The position numbers and the translations under genes were made by a program. Below, piece by piece: positions 25,021-38,300 of a DNA stretch of 64,000 nt. Position 1 is the stretch's first letter; each line of letters begins with the position of its first letter. Below the pieces are notes generated by a model that worked only from the letters and a program-made list of their open reading frames with translations, was not told the origin of the DNA and searched no databases. This DNA is from Phaeosaccion multiseriatum (taxonomy: Eukaryota > Protista > Ochrophyta, other classes): the NCBI GenBank assembly GCA_965112735.1, contig OZ218950.1:3720001-3784000 (forward strand), in the 5' to 3' direction.

Positions 25021-26142
25021 TTCTCTCCGCTCTCTGGTGCCATAATTGATGCACCCCACCCGTCCGTCACTCACTCACAGCTGAAAGAGGGGCCAGATGG
25101 GAAGGAGAGGGTGCAAGAAGAGCCGCAGAGTTACCATCGACGCCGCCAAACGGTGGCACCATTCGAACGGCAGTGGGAGTGGGAATCGCAGGAGAAAGGA
25201 GCGGCATCACATCAGCCTTGTCGCGGCTGCTGATGGTGCTGCTGCTGCCGCTACCCTGCAGGAGGATGTCAATGAGAAAGTCAAACGTATCCGTGTTGGT
25301 CACCGCCTTGCGAATATCATCGCGCTGCAGATCCTTGTTGCTACTGTGGCTTTGCTTTCTCTGTTCCTCCGCTCGAAGCACCACCTCTGCTACGAGCAGC
25401 TCGCAAGCCTTGGCGAGAAGGACCGGTGCTTCGGGGCTAATCGAGAGGCGCGCCCCTCCGTTTCCTTCGGATAGCGAGTCCTCCTGCTGGTGGGCGAGGG
25501 AGGAGAAGCACACAAACAACCACGGAAAGTGCACAACTAGTAAGAGGGGCTTCTTCTTGCATCAGCAGCGCTAGTCGAGTGTATTCCAAGGAAAACGCTT
25601 TGAAGAGTAGACAGCAAAAGGGGTTTTCAGATAGTCGCTCTTCAACACCCCCCCCCCCAAAAGCAAGCACGAAGAGAACAAGGGCCATCGCTTGCAGCTC
25701 TAGGTGTTTGGGTACCTGCTAAAGACGGCTGCCCCATCATTTTAGCACATTGCGCTGAGACAGCCAACACAACGTATATTACTTACGTCTCTCATGATCG
25801 TCGTCACCTCCTTCAGGGGGAGACAAGCCTCCCTAAAGTTTTCCGTCGCAGGGTCAATAGCTTCACATGCCTGCAGTTGCTCTGTCCAGAATGTTAGCAT
25901 CATCGTCTGCTCCTTCCGAGAGGCTGTGTGAGATGTGAGAAAGAGGGAGGGAAGAGAAGAAGAAATGGGAGGGGAGGGAGAGGGATGAGAGGAGACAAAT
26001 CCGGCTCGTCTCCTCTTTCATTACAGGTATCATGCCTTAGGATTTCAATTTCACCTTCATGCTGCTGCTGCTGGTGGTTGTACAGCTCTTTCTTCTGCGC
26101 CATCTCTCGAGCGATTGTGGGGTTTGATATGTGGTAGTCCAT
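23967..26142 (-). CDS. Divergent NF-YC/HAP5-like histone-fold protein, probably with Q-rich C-terminal exons
   Basis: Exons near 26026-26142, 25786-25923 (MLTFWTEQLQACEAIDPATENFREACLPLKEVTTIMRD) and 25079-25485 (ISPEAPVLLAKACELLVAE...LQRDDIRKAVTNTDTFDFLIDI); linkage to the Q-rich exons at 24648-24783 and 23967-24486 is inferred. Confidence 0.8.
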
Positions 26143-26326
26143 GCGCTATTTGTGACTAGTTTCCGTTCCAGTTTTTGATATTTAATTTAATAACGACGAC
26201 GAAAGAGTCAAGGAGAAAGCAAGCATCATGTCCATATGTCCACGCGGTTGCTCAGGCTGTTGACGAATTCGTCGCTGGTGGAGGTGGTGGCTGCTGCTGC
26301 TTCTCTCGTGGTTGTGGTTGTTGGTG

Positions 26327-29300
26327 CTACCGCTCTAATGGGGGTGGTGACGGCTGTAGTTGTTGTGGTGGTGGTGGTGGTTGTTGCTGCTTCTCTTGTG
26401 GGGGTTGTTGCGGCTGCTGCTGTAGTAGAAGTCGCTGTCGCTCTTTCTGCCCCTTCTGCTGCCGCTCTAGCGAATACTTGCTCCAGAAAGTATCCTGTAA
26501 GGCGCTTGGGTCTGCCGCCAAGTCATGCAGAGTCTGGCCCACCCCAGCAGGCCGGGCAAGAAAGACAGAGCACATGGAACGACACGCAAACAAAAGGGGT
26601 GAGGTAGGTACGCCGAGCAGCACATAGACCTGCAAACAACACGGCAAGACAGCTCCTTTCGCAGTCCTGCTCCGCTGCTAAGCGCCTGCCTATGCAACAA
26701 ACTCGTCTTAGACTCAACTCACCTGAGGGTCCGCCGTTGCAAGCATTCTCATGAAAGCCGCCTTCATCATGTTCACTTCGCCTTCCAGTTGCCGAGGAAT
26801 CTCCAACCAGACCTTGTCCACGTCTCGCCCAACCTTCTCCACCGGATCCCCTCCTCCCCCCGTCCGTGCTCCTGCTACCACGCCTGCTGCCATTGCTTCT
26901 CTTCCTCCTGTTGCTGCTGCTGGTGCAAGCACTGCTTCTACTGCTGCCGCTGCTTTCGGCGCCCCCACGCGAATGTGTTTATAGTCCGCTAGAGTCCGAG
27001 GTCGGGGAGAAGCACCTGGCTGCAAAGCACCTGGCTGCAAACCTGCCGCCGCTGCTGCTACGGTAGTAGCAAGTCCTGGCGGTGCTTGAACGGTAGGTTC
27101 TACTGCCCCAGCCTCCGCCCCCACGACTGGTGTAGTCACCGTGGTCGTCCTCCCTTGGAAAGCCACACAGGTGCCGGCGTCAGCGTTTGCTGAAGCAGCC
27201 ACAGCAGTAGCCGCGGCATTGGCCGATACGCGTGCGGCCTCCGCAAAGGCTTCGGAGGAAGCCCGACGCTCCAGAGGCGGTACAGCAGTACCAGTACCCG
27301 CACTAGCAGCAGGGGCGCCAGCCGTTGGACCATCCCCGCTCCCATGCCGTGCTCGTGCGACGCCGGCGAGAGTCTTCCCTATGAGTGGTGCCATGCCACA
27401 AGGCCCACGTTCCGAACCCACCCCCCCCTCCTCATCCTGATCCTCTTGCTGTTGCTGAACCTCCACCGGCATGCGCGCTTGGCGCTCTCGTTCCTCCTCC
27501 TCAGCATCACTAGCCGAGTCAATCACATCGGGAGAAGCGTGGGGGAGGTCGCTGACGGACATGGCAGACAAGACGGGAGACACGGAGGGCAGCAAGACCG
27601 GACCCTGGTAGTCTCCATCAGCTTCACTGCGGCCAGACGTCGCAGAAGAACGCGCAACATTTACCTCCGCCGAAGCAGCGACGAGAGTAGCAGCAGAGGG
27701 GGCAGCTAGAGCAGGAGTAGGCGCCAAGCCTGCTCCTCCTTCTGCCTCCCCACCCACACCACTCCGCACCCCGCCCAGCACGGTGCCCACGGTCGCGGTC
27801 TCCCCCTGCCCACCGGCACCCCCCCCACGGACAGAATCGAGATCGGGGCCACTATTATCGCTGTTGCTGGATCCCACGGAACTCGCATCCTCCTCCTCCT
27901 CCTCCCTTGGCTCTCTATCAAACGCAAAGAAGCCTAAGGCTCTGTCGAGGGGCGAGGGGCTGTTCCGCGTCTCCTCGTCTTGCTCGTCCGTAAAGAAGAA
28001 CTTCCTCAGAAACTTTCTGTACGACTCGGCCTCCTGCCCTCTTCTCGCCGGCCTGCCCTGCAGCGCGGTAGAGGCGCTGGTGCTGGTGCTGACGCCACTC
28101 GCAGCGGATGTTGGCCTGCCGGACGTACCGAAAGGAGCGCTGAGCCACACCTGGGGGAGGATGCCCCGAGGCACAGGAAGGGAGGAGGGGGCGTGACATG
28201 AAACATGAGCAATTTTCACATACGAAGGGTAAGGGAGAGGGGGAAGGGAGGGGATACACCAAACAAGTCACTTGGGGGTAGAGGGTGAAAGGAGCACCAC
28301 CAGATGCTCCTACGTGCGTACTGTGTCTTGCCTCACCGTGGTGCAAAAGTTGAAAATGGACCGTTGCTCCTTGCCCGGGCAGGTGATACTCTTGAGGTTC
28401 TCTACGACACCCCCTATCTTGCGCTCTCCGGCTTCCACCACCTGAGCCTGTAACCCCTCCACCTGTCATGGTGTCATTGCCGTTGTCATGTGGTCAGCAT
28501 CATGTGGGATGTGCAAAGACAGGCATGCAAGAGAGCTCGTGAGCAAGCAGCGCAAGTTCTTTATGCCAAACGAGCGAGGAGTGCTAGCGGCTCGAGGATG
28601 GCAGTGGATGGATGCTTTGCGGCGGTTCATGTCACTCCCTCCCTCTCTATATCTCTGTCCATCTCTCCTTATCTCTCCCCCTCTGTCACATCTCTTCCTC
28701 TCTGTCCATCTCTCCCTCTCTCTCCCTCCACTCACTTGTGCGGTGCTCCACACGTCTCCGTAGCCGCTGAAGGACTCGCTCGTTACTGATGAATTCATGA
28801 AAAGAGAGAAACACGGCGGATGAGCTGCCAGTCCGATACACCCCCTCTCAGGCGGCCGTGCCCCACAATTTGAGGCAACACGCAGAGGTAGCAAGCGTGC
28901 ACAGCCGCTTGCAGCGCAAGCATCCGCACCCCCTGCTAATCCGAGTCGCTCACCTTTAGCCAGCGCGGCCGCAACGTTGCCCCTCTCGCTGTAGAGCACG
29001 TCCAAAGCCACTTGGTCTGAGAAGCGCCCCAGCACAGTGTCGCGCTTAACCTTCGATACCAATAGAGGAGGGGAAGATAGAGGTGAGAGACAGGAGGGGG
29101 GGGGGGGCATAAGGCCTACGGCCACCTCAGCTGTTGGCGCCAACTGTGATTGCCATTCTTCGAGCGGCGGCCCATACGCCTTTCCATTTATGCGCCCCTT
29201 TCCCTCTTCCCTTCCCACCTGGCCTTCGATCGTGCGCCCGTGGGGGAAGCTCACAATCTCCACGATGTTGTCCTCCACGCGATCTCGCAGCACAATGGCC

Positions 29301-32300
29301 CACTTGCGACGGTTTCAAAGATGCATTTGTTTCGCGAAGAGAATCAATCAATCAAATCGGTTGGGATAGTTCCAGCCCAGCGAGTGGGTGGAAGAGAAGA
29401 GGGCAGGACGAACAAAGGAGGGTTGGTTGTACGGATGGCGGAAAGTAGCACCATCAGCATGGGGGCCACTTACTGCATGGGCCAAGCCAACAACCGCGCC
29501 ACCCCCTCCCACCCCTTACGTCGCCCCCCCAGCTCAGCTCACCTCATAGGCGGGCAGCTCATTGGGCCCACCTTCGCCCTGGACCTCGATGAAGATGGGC
29601 GTTCCGCTTCTGAACCTCTCCCCCCTCCGGGCCCGCTGCAGATAATCGTCCACCTCCTTGTCGTCGTTCAGAATGGCGGGCTTCCACACGCAGACAGGTT
29701 CTGCTCCGGGGGGCGAGACAGGGGAAGGAACAGGATGATATGAGAGAAGAAACGCTTATATACGATGCACAATAGCGAGAGAGTGAGTGTGTACGATGCG
29801 TAATAGCGAGAGAGTGAGTGTGTACGATGCACAATAGCGAGAGAGTGAGTGTGTACGATGCATAATAGCGACAGCGTGAGTGTGTACGATGCACAATAGC
29901 GAGAGAGTGAGTGTGTACGATGCGTAATAGCGAGAGAGTGAGTGTGTACGATGCACAATAGCGAGAGAGTGAGTGTGTACGATGCATAATAGCGACAGCG
30001 TGAGTGGTGTGTTGAGACCCTTACACGGCAAGAAAGCCCCCGCCCCCCCCCCCTCAATCCCGCTCGTGCAAGCCCTCTTTCGACTACCAACACAAGCCCT
30101 ATCCCTCCTTACCATGTAAGTCCTCCGGAGCTGTTTCGGTCCGCTGTTGCTCGTTGGTTGAGCTGCCTGTGGGCTGGAACACGTACGAGCTCTTCGTTGC
30201 GGGGAGGGAGGAGAGAACAGGCAGCTGCGCCTGGAAGTCTGGCCCGACGTGGATCTCGGCGTTGAAGCCAGAAACCGGGACCCTCCTGCAAAAGTCGCTG
30301 CCACCTCCCCCATATCCTTCACCTGCTTCGTCTCTCCCCCCCCCCGGGCCGCGTTGGTGTCTCAGGCCTCCAAGATCGCAAATGGATTGACTTGAGTGAG
30401 CGGAGTAACTAGACTGCACAGAGTGGTTGGAGCCCGTCCTCCGCAGCGGCCCTCCGCCGCCATGTAAGAAAGGACTGATACTCATGGTGCTGCTAATGCC
30501 TCCGCCGCCCCCACCGCCCATCTCCCCTCCCCCTCCTCTGTTTCCACCAGCCCCCCCTGCATCTCCCCTGTTGTTGTATGGAGACCCATCCAGATTGGGG
30601 CAACTCCCCCCTGCAGTCAGGGAGCGAGTGGTACGTGGGAAAAAGAGGGAAGCACAAAGAGACAAGAGAGGGGTCTTTATTTCTTGCTTCCTGCCGAAAA
30701 GGTAGCATCGCGCACAGGGCACATCGTCTGCTTACCGTCCTGGCGCTGACCGCTGTCGCTCTCCTGCCGTTGCCTCTTCTTTCCTCTCTTGTCAGCCCCC
30801 CCTGTCCCTCCTACAGCAGCCGAAGCAGCAAGCTGCTTTCCCGCCCCTCCTCCTTCCTCTGATTCTCTCTCCCTTTTCCGTTTCTCCATCTCTTTCTCTG
30901 CCGCCCGGGCCGTCGCAATGAGTTTTTTCCTGCGCCTCAGTCCCCTCGGTCCGGCAATTTCCGCAGCATGCTTCGGCTCCAAAAGACGAAACTTAAAGTC
31001 GCCTGAGTGAGGACAGATCGAAGGCGCGGTGGGGGCAGAGACGGCAAGAGCAAAGCGGTTCAGCGAGGTATCGAGGACACAGAACACACACTAGGCGGAA
31101 CTGGCAGCAGAGGTAGGGGAGGGGAAGGGCACATGATAGCGGACGGGAATACAAGGGTACAATACAGCTGTATGCTCTAACGAGGGTTTGCGTATGTCTG
31201 GGTGTAGGTCAGATTCGCAGCGGGCTGCGAGCTCAACAAGCGGCAACCCGTTCCCTCAAAAGTCTCTGTCCCCGACGCTGCTGTACTGAACCCTCCTTAC
31301 AAGACAAGTTGAAGCGCGTCTCATCAAAAACACAAGCCCTCTGCCGCTTTCCCCCTCACGCGTCAGGGTAGTAGTCGCGTCTCCAAACTTTGTACTAGCA
31401 AGAAAACACACATACGCTGGTACTACATCAACTTACGTTCCAAGTTCCAGGAGCTGCGCAGGAGATAGTCTTTGGGCCTCAGACTCAGTTTCCTGATGTC
31501 CTTGCACTTGTCCTCTTCGGCTGTGCTGTCGACTTCGACGGGAATGACAATGGCCCTGTGGAGGATTGTATTTGCCGAGTTGGCGTCCCTGACTGAGCTG
31601 TAGAACACCTCCTGGGGGGAGGGAGGGGCGGTGACGATGAACAGTGCGAGGGACGGTGCGGTGCGAAGGCAGTGAGCGTCGGTGGGACATCAAACATACT
31701 GTACACGGAGAGAAGGAAGGAAGACGGGGCGTCCCTCCGAGAGGACGGGCAAAAGAGAGGGAGAAAGCGTGTACACGATTCGGCCTAGTTGCGGCACGCG
31801 AAGGGAGGAGAATATAAAATACCCCTCACGATGTGCTGTTTCTGCTCCCATACAATGACCTCGAGCGAGAAGGCGGGCACAAGACACAACGCACAGCACA
31901 GCACAGCACAGCACACACACCTTTGGCAGGGGCCCCACGTCGTTTGTGTGTTTTGTGAGTTCGTCATCTGCGTCGCTGGACTCTTCCTCGCAGTCCTCGG
32001 AGCGGTAGAACCACCTCAACAACACCTGCTTGTCATCCTCCTTCTTGGTGGGGTCGTCCCACATGTCCTCGATCTGAGGACAGGACAGCCCACCCACATC
32101 CCACAAAAGATGGGGGTCCAGAGACAACAGACCAGCCGCCAGCAGGGGGGGAAGGGAGACGGAGGGCGGAGCAGACGTGAGCGAGTAAGACGCGCGCGCA
32201 CACACACACGCGCTAGGGCCCGTTCCCCCATCACCCACCCACTCACAATGGCCAGAAAGTTGAGCTTTCCCTTTAGCTCGGTATCGGACTCCTCTCCCTC

Positions 32301-32586
32301 GCTGTTCCCGTCTTCGCCATCGCCCGCTCGAACTTCCACGCAATCTCCTATTCCAACACTCTCTGTAGCTGAGATTTTAAGCTTCCTGTAATGGCGAAGC
32401 TGCAAGTCCAAGGCAATATGGGAGACAAGGGGGCGGGGGATGAGGGAAAGTTTCCCCCCCCCCAAAACATCACTCCCTCCTTACCTTCCTCTTAGGCTTG
32501 TTGTGAACCTCTCCATCCACGCGTGTCATCCTCGCTTGGAAATCCCCTTCCCACTTTGGATACTCCTCTTGTTCTGGTGCCTCCAT
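26327..32586 (-). CDS. Multi-exon chromatin protein with BAH and ELM2 domains (MTA/RERE-like architecture); could be two genes
   Basis: BAH: HYRKLKI...VGIGDCVEV...FLAI / IEDMWDD...VLLRWFYRSED / EVFYSSVRDANSANTILHRAIV; ELM2: EIHVGPDFQAQLP / VWKPAILNDDKEVDDYL / DQVALDVLYSERGNVAAAL; long A/E-rich 3' exon. Confidence 0.7.
29761..30008. repeat. 31-bp minisatellite, 8 copies (tacgatgcNNaatagcgagagagtgagtgtg), intronic
   Basis: Units counted directly; variant order A-B-A-C-A-B-A-C. Confidence 0.95.
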
Positions 32587-33399
32587 CCCTTTTGACGTTC
32601 CCACTCCCTTCTCCGAAGGGGCCTCTTCTCCCTTCCTTCCCCTCTCTCTTGCTGCTACGGCTACTGTTTGAGTGCGTTGCTTTGCGAGAGGAAGAGCCCC
32701 TAATCCTTCCCATCGAGGGGTCTGCAGCCAAAGATTTAGCTGCTGTGGTAAGCCTCCCTCCCTGCTCTCCTCTTGTCTTTTTTCCCCGGCCCTTCGGTCT
32801 CTCACTCTTCTTTCGCCCTCATCTTCTCTATCAGAGCTCCACTTCTCGCCTAGCAAGTTCTGCTGTGTATCGAAAGAAGGATGAGAGTGTCCCCCTCTGC
32901 TGCTGTGGGCTTCAGTTCTTTTGGCGGGTGAAGCAAGTGCGAGCTCACGTGAGTTCAACGCGAAGGAAGGGCCAAACTGGAACTCAAATTGCCAGCCCCC
33001 AACTGCCACTCAAACTGGCCTTGACTGTGCGTGAGTGCGTGGGTGTGTGAGTGGGTGCCGGTTGGGTGGGTGAGTAGGTGTGGTGAGTGGGTGGATGAGT
33101 AGGTGTGGTGAGTGGGTGGGTAGCGGGTGGGTGTGTGAGTAGGTGTGGGTGGGTGAGTGGGTGGGTGAGTGGGTGAGTGAGCGAGTAATCGAGAGTAAGT
33201 GAAGTGATAGGCTGAAGCTGAGGCAGTATATGCTGTGTGCCCGGACCTAAGCAACAAACAGCATGGTTCTAGACGGCCCAAGTTTTAATCCAACAAACGG
33301 AAGGGAAATGGCTTGTGCTCGGAAGGATCCTGGAAATGAGTAGGTCGCCTGCCTCCGACACTTGAAAGATTCCCTTCCTGCCGCCCCACTCTCTGTCCA

Positions 33400-35330
33400 T
33401 CAGGAGGAGCTGCCTCCCACCCTTGCCTGCTGCAGGTAGAGCTCTGCGATCTGCCTCGGGGAGGTGGAGGCTTCAGGAGCCTTGTCTGGCCTCACGCGGA
33501 GGAAGCGAGGGAACCTCAAGGCAATTCCTCGCTCATGCACGATGCCTACGGCGGCCCTGCTCACACGCAGAGGAGGGGGAGGGAGGAAAGGAAAGGGGGG
33601 GGAAGGGAAGGTGACGACGCACACACGGTGGAGGCTCCCTTCAACTGCCAGCACAGACCACCCACACCCCCGAGGGGTGGAATCGGTCCCACGCTTAGAC
33701 TTGGGCACATGCTGTCTATCTCTGACTATATCTAACGTGACAAGTGCAGACAGTTCAGCAAGGCAGCACAACGTCTGCGTGCGTGTTGGTTGTTCAGGAG
33801 GGAAGTGGACTCCTCCTGTCATTGGGGAACAAAAGGTCAAGGACAAACCTCCTCCTTCACCTGTGAACCGGCGACAACGACAAATCAGCGGCAGTGATTT
33901 CCCACACCTGCACGGACAGCACAGCAGGAGAGGGGTTGGATGAGCCAAGCGCAGGGAGGGGGAAGGGAGAAGTCCACTACAAAAGCGGTATGTATGACAA
34001 TGCCTCTTCTCTCTCACTACAATACACAAGTACCCCTATCCCTCGCTTACCTCTGTGGCCTCGAACCAAACGCTGCATTTCTCTCCTGTGTCATAGTAGG
34101 GCTTCTTGCTGCCCCCCCCCCCTCCCCCCAGGAGGCGGGCAGAGGCTTCCTTGTAGAAGGCGTCTGTGAAGCCGGACATGCAGCGGCAGATGGATTGGTA
34201 CTCCTCTTTGTCCGGATCATAGACGGCCAAAAGGAATGGGCTGAGCCAGGCCTAAGAAGACAGGACAAGGGCAAGGCACGGCGAGGCAAGAAAAGAGGAG
34301 AGGAGAGAGTCTAGACGATGAAGAGGCAGCAGCACAGCACTGTGGGTGGGGTGGGTCAGTGGGTGCGGCAAAGGACAGAGGACGGCGGACGAGGCGGGGA
34401 GGTGCGAGAGGGAGAGGGAGGGAGAGGGAGGGAGAGAAAACAATTCAAGTGAAACAAAAGCCGTGTAAGGACTTAGTGGCACATCTGACAACAGTCCATC
34501 CCCTTTGTTCTGCACCGCCTGTCCTGTCCCCTCCTCCCTCCCCATCCACTACGCACCTTCTTTCTGCCTGTCCCCCTCCATGCCCCAATGGGTACCACGT
34601 CTACTGTGTCGCGCAGGCTCTTAATGTAGTCCCTCTTGAGCTTCACCCAAAAGTCGGACCGCACGTCGGGCTCATACACACCCTCCACGGCCTTGAGCAT
34701 CAGTCCCTCTCCTCCCACCTTCCACGCAGCCTCCATCTCAGCCATTACCGCGGCCGCGCAGGCGCCACCACTGCTGTCCTCGAGGACAGTAGCAGCGGCA
34801 GCAGCACCACCAGTTGGGGATATAGGCTCCTTCGCCTCTGTCAACCCATCGGCAGCACGCGCTCCTCCCTCTCGCCCCTCCCTGTTCCGCCCCTGCACTC
34901 TCCGGACATTCCCTTCATCTTCACTGCTATTGTCATCCCCGTCACTAGAGAGGGCATCGTCGTCCTCCTCCTTGGTCTCTTCTTCATCCTGCCCCCCCTG
35001 CCCACCACTTCCATCAACACCTCCTCCTCCCCCCTCCACCCCTACTTGCGCCCCAAAGTCGTCACCTGGTGCTTGTCGATCCTCATCATCATCCTCCTCC
35101 TCCTCCTCACCCTTCTTCCTCCTGCCCTCCAAATACTCGTCCACTGGCAAGGCGCTCCCATCTTCGGTGATGACGACACCGTACGACATCTCGATTGACC
35201 CCCCTCGGCAGTCGAAGGCTTTGGACAGTGCACGCCGCCGGTACCACCAAGGCTTGTCCAAAAGGGAATGATCCGCACACACTATGGCGTCGAAGGCAAA
35301 GAGACACACCTTCTGCTCCTTCTGCTCCTT

Positions 35331-35361
<31 letters not shown>

Positions 35362-38300
35362 CAAGTCTGCTGAGATGATGGCCGTGATCCTGCCTTTCGG
35401 TCGTCCGCACTCCCACGACTTCGCTTGGACAGGTCCTGGAACGGAACCATCCTGTAAGATGCCCCCCGCGCCGCCTCCTTTGCTATATTCGCGTACTTGC
35501 TGTCGCTTCCTTCATCGCTCGTCCTCCTCTTCTTCCTCTTCCTCCCCGTCTCTCGCTCTCCATGTGCCTCCTCTTCCCTGTCCTCCTCCTCCTCCTCCTC
35601 CTCCTCCTCCTGCTCCTTCTCCTCCTCCTCCTCCTCCTCCTCCTCCTCCTCCTCCTCCTTCTTCTTCTTCTTCTTCTTCTTCTTCTTCTTCTTCTTCTTC
35701 GTCTTCTTCTCTTCCTCACCCTCCTCCTCCTCTTCCTCCTCCACCACCACCTCATCGCCTTGCCCTCCCACCGATCTTGCGGATGCGCCCTCCAATCCCT
35801 TGACTCCATCTCCGCGACGCACCTTCCCTCCCTCCTCACCCTCCTCCTCCTCACGGTCGTGGAGCTTGATGGGCACAATCTCGCAGTCCAGAATGCAGGG
35901 CAGAGCGGATACCTTCACACAGCTCCTTAGCACAGATACCACATCAGGAAACTGGCGTGTGCAGTCCTCACAGGCCCTCGAGAAGAGCCGAACCTGCATC
36001 ATGCCGTTTACACCTGCACCTTCTCCTTTCCCTCCTGCTCCTCCTCCTCCTCCACCACCACCACTACCACCACCTCCCTTTCCTCCTGTTCTATGCGTAT
36101 CGTCAGTGGCTTCCCAGCAATGGGCCTGACACCGCTGCCCATCGTACTTCAGCTCCGCCAATAGCGGCAACCCTACCCGAGCAAGAACCTGATCTGCTTC
36201 TGCCCCAGGTTTCGCTAGCATGGGCTTCACAGGCACGCCCAAGGTCACCTTGAGCAAGAGCAAAGGAGGGGGGGGGGTAGGAGGTAGAGAGCACAGAGGA
36301 CAGAATGGATACAGTAAGGGACACATGTTAGGGAGGAGAGAGGGACGTGCAGAGGCGGGGCGGTAGGCGCGCAGAGGAAACAGAGGGGGGGGAAGAGGCT
36401 CGAGGGAGAGAAACCAACGACAAACCTGGAGCAACGAGGGGACAGTGTGTTCTGATTTTTGAGACTTCAAAATGCGATTTGACGCCACTTGTCAGTGTGG
36501 CAGGCGCGACGATGGATACCTCCATCTACCCACCTACCTTCACACGAGAATGGAGGTCCAGTACAGGCCCGGACATGAGTGCGGGTACAAAGACCGAGAG
36601 CGACGGACACACCCGCCAGCACTTCTGGGCGATGGAGCCCGCCTTGGCCAGATTCTCCTTCGTCAATCGCACCCTCTTTGGGTCGCACAGGTAGCAGAGA
36701 AGACAGGAGAGAGAAAATAAGAGAGAGAGAGAGAGAGATAGAGAGATGAGCCCAAAGCATTACCCATCACCCACTACCCACTACCCACCTTCTCCTTCTC
36801 CTCGCCAGTGGTAGTGGCATCAGCACGTGCACATTGTGCGGCAGATGAAGATGACAACGCCTCCGTCACGAGCTTGGCCCTGCCCAACGCCGCCGTCACA
36901 GTGCGAGAGTTGGCCCCCACCCGGAGAGAGCGCAGCAACCCTCTTACCAGGAAGCGTGTCTCCTCCTCCCGACACGCCCGTAGCAGCTTCAGCATCTCCT
37001 TCTTCTTGACTGCACCGGAGCCTGTGCCCTTGGCCGTGGCGATGCGCAGGAGGGAGGCGTGAACACCCCTTACCGTGAGGGGCTGGGCCTGGACGAGAAG
37101 GCGTTGGTTGAAGCGGAGCTGCTGAGCGGCGTCTCCGAGGTCTCCGGTAGCTCTGTAGAGTTGACTCAGTTTGGCGCTCTTTACGCCCGACGCCTCCGTA
37201 ATGGCCTCGCTGGAGGGGGGTGGGGGGGAGTGTGTGTAATAGAGAGAGAGAGAGAGTGTGTGTGTATGTGTTTGTAGGCTGCTCTTTCTGCTCAGGTGGG
37301 TGCTCGGGGCAGTGCCTCAAAGGGGCGCAGATTAAACAATGGAACGGGACTCCTTGACACTACTGGCGGTCAATGCCTTTGACCTCTGTCCACCTGTGCT
37401 CTTGTACTCACCATACGGAAGAACTTCCCACCCCCAGCTCCAAACCCTCGTGATTGGCGCCAATGCTCCCCAGCAGTAGGTGTGCGAGTGCAACAACGTC
37501 CGAAGGGTTCAGCTCCATGCACGCCCTCAGCGCGTTGGTGAGGCCGTCCGTGATGGACAGACGCTTGGCCGTGGAGTTGATCTGACTGAAGGTCCGAGAG
37601 ACGTGCAGATATGGTACCGCCTCCCCTGCCTTGAAAGGTGCGTGCTGGGAAGGGTCGTAGGCGGTGATAGGGTGGAGCACGGAGGTCTCGGCAGGTAGCT
37701 TGTTGGTGGAGAGAGCCGACGAAGAGGGGCTCGTTTTGGGGGCAGAAGGAGCAGCAGGGGTAGGAGCAGGGCCAGCAAGAGCAGGGCCAGCAGAAGCAGG
37801 GCCAGCAAGAGCAGAGCCAGCAGGAGCAGGGCCAGCAGGAGCAGGGCCAGCAGGAGCAGCCGCAGCAGCATCCACAGAGGAGCGGGGAGAGGGAGGAGTA
37901 GGGTTTGACTCGCTGTTGCTGGTAACTCCGTTTGCGTCCAATCCATTCGATGCTCTTGCGGACGACCAACCCTCTACTGCTCGCGGTGATCCAGCTGCTA
38001 CCACTGCCGTCACCTCTACCACTTCCTCTTCACGTGCTTCCGTCGTCTTCTCCTGCTCCTGCTCGTCCTTCCTGGACGTGGAGAAGTAGGAAAGTAGTGA
38101 CTTGCCTCTCGCCCCCAGTGGGTCGCTCATCATCTTCAGCTGCTTCTTGCCCTTGCCCTTGCCTCCCGCCCCTGCCCCTCCTGCGGCTTTCCGTTTGCCC
38201 GACCCCTTTCCGGCAGAAGAAGGGCTTGAGATGCGGCCCCTCTTCGAAGGGCTGGGCGTCGCTCCGCCTGCCCCTTCCCCCCCGCCGCCCTTGCCTTCCT

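Noticed and set aside
29761-30008. CRISPR-like array of 31-bp repeats
   Set aside because: Units are head-to-tail with no unique spacers, there are no cas genes, and it lies in a eukaryotic intron.
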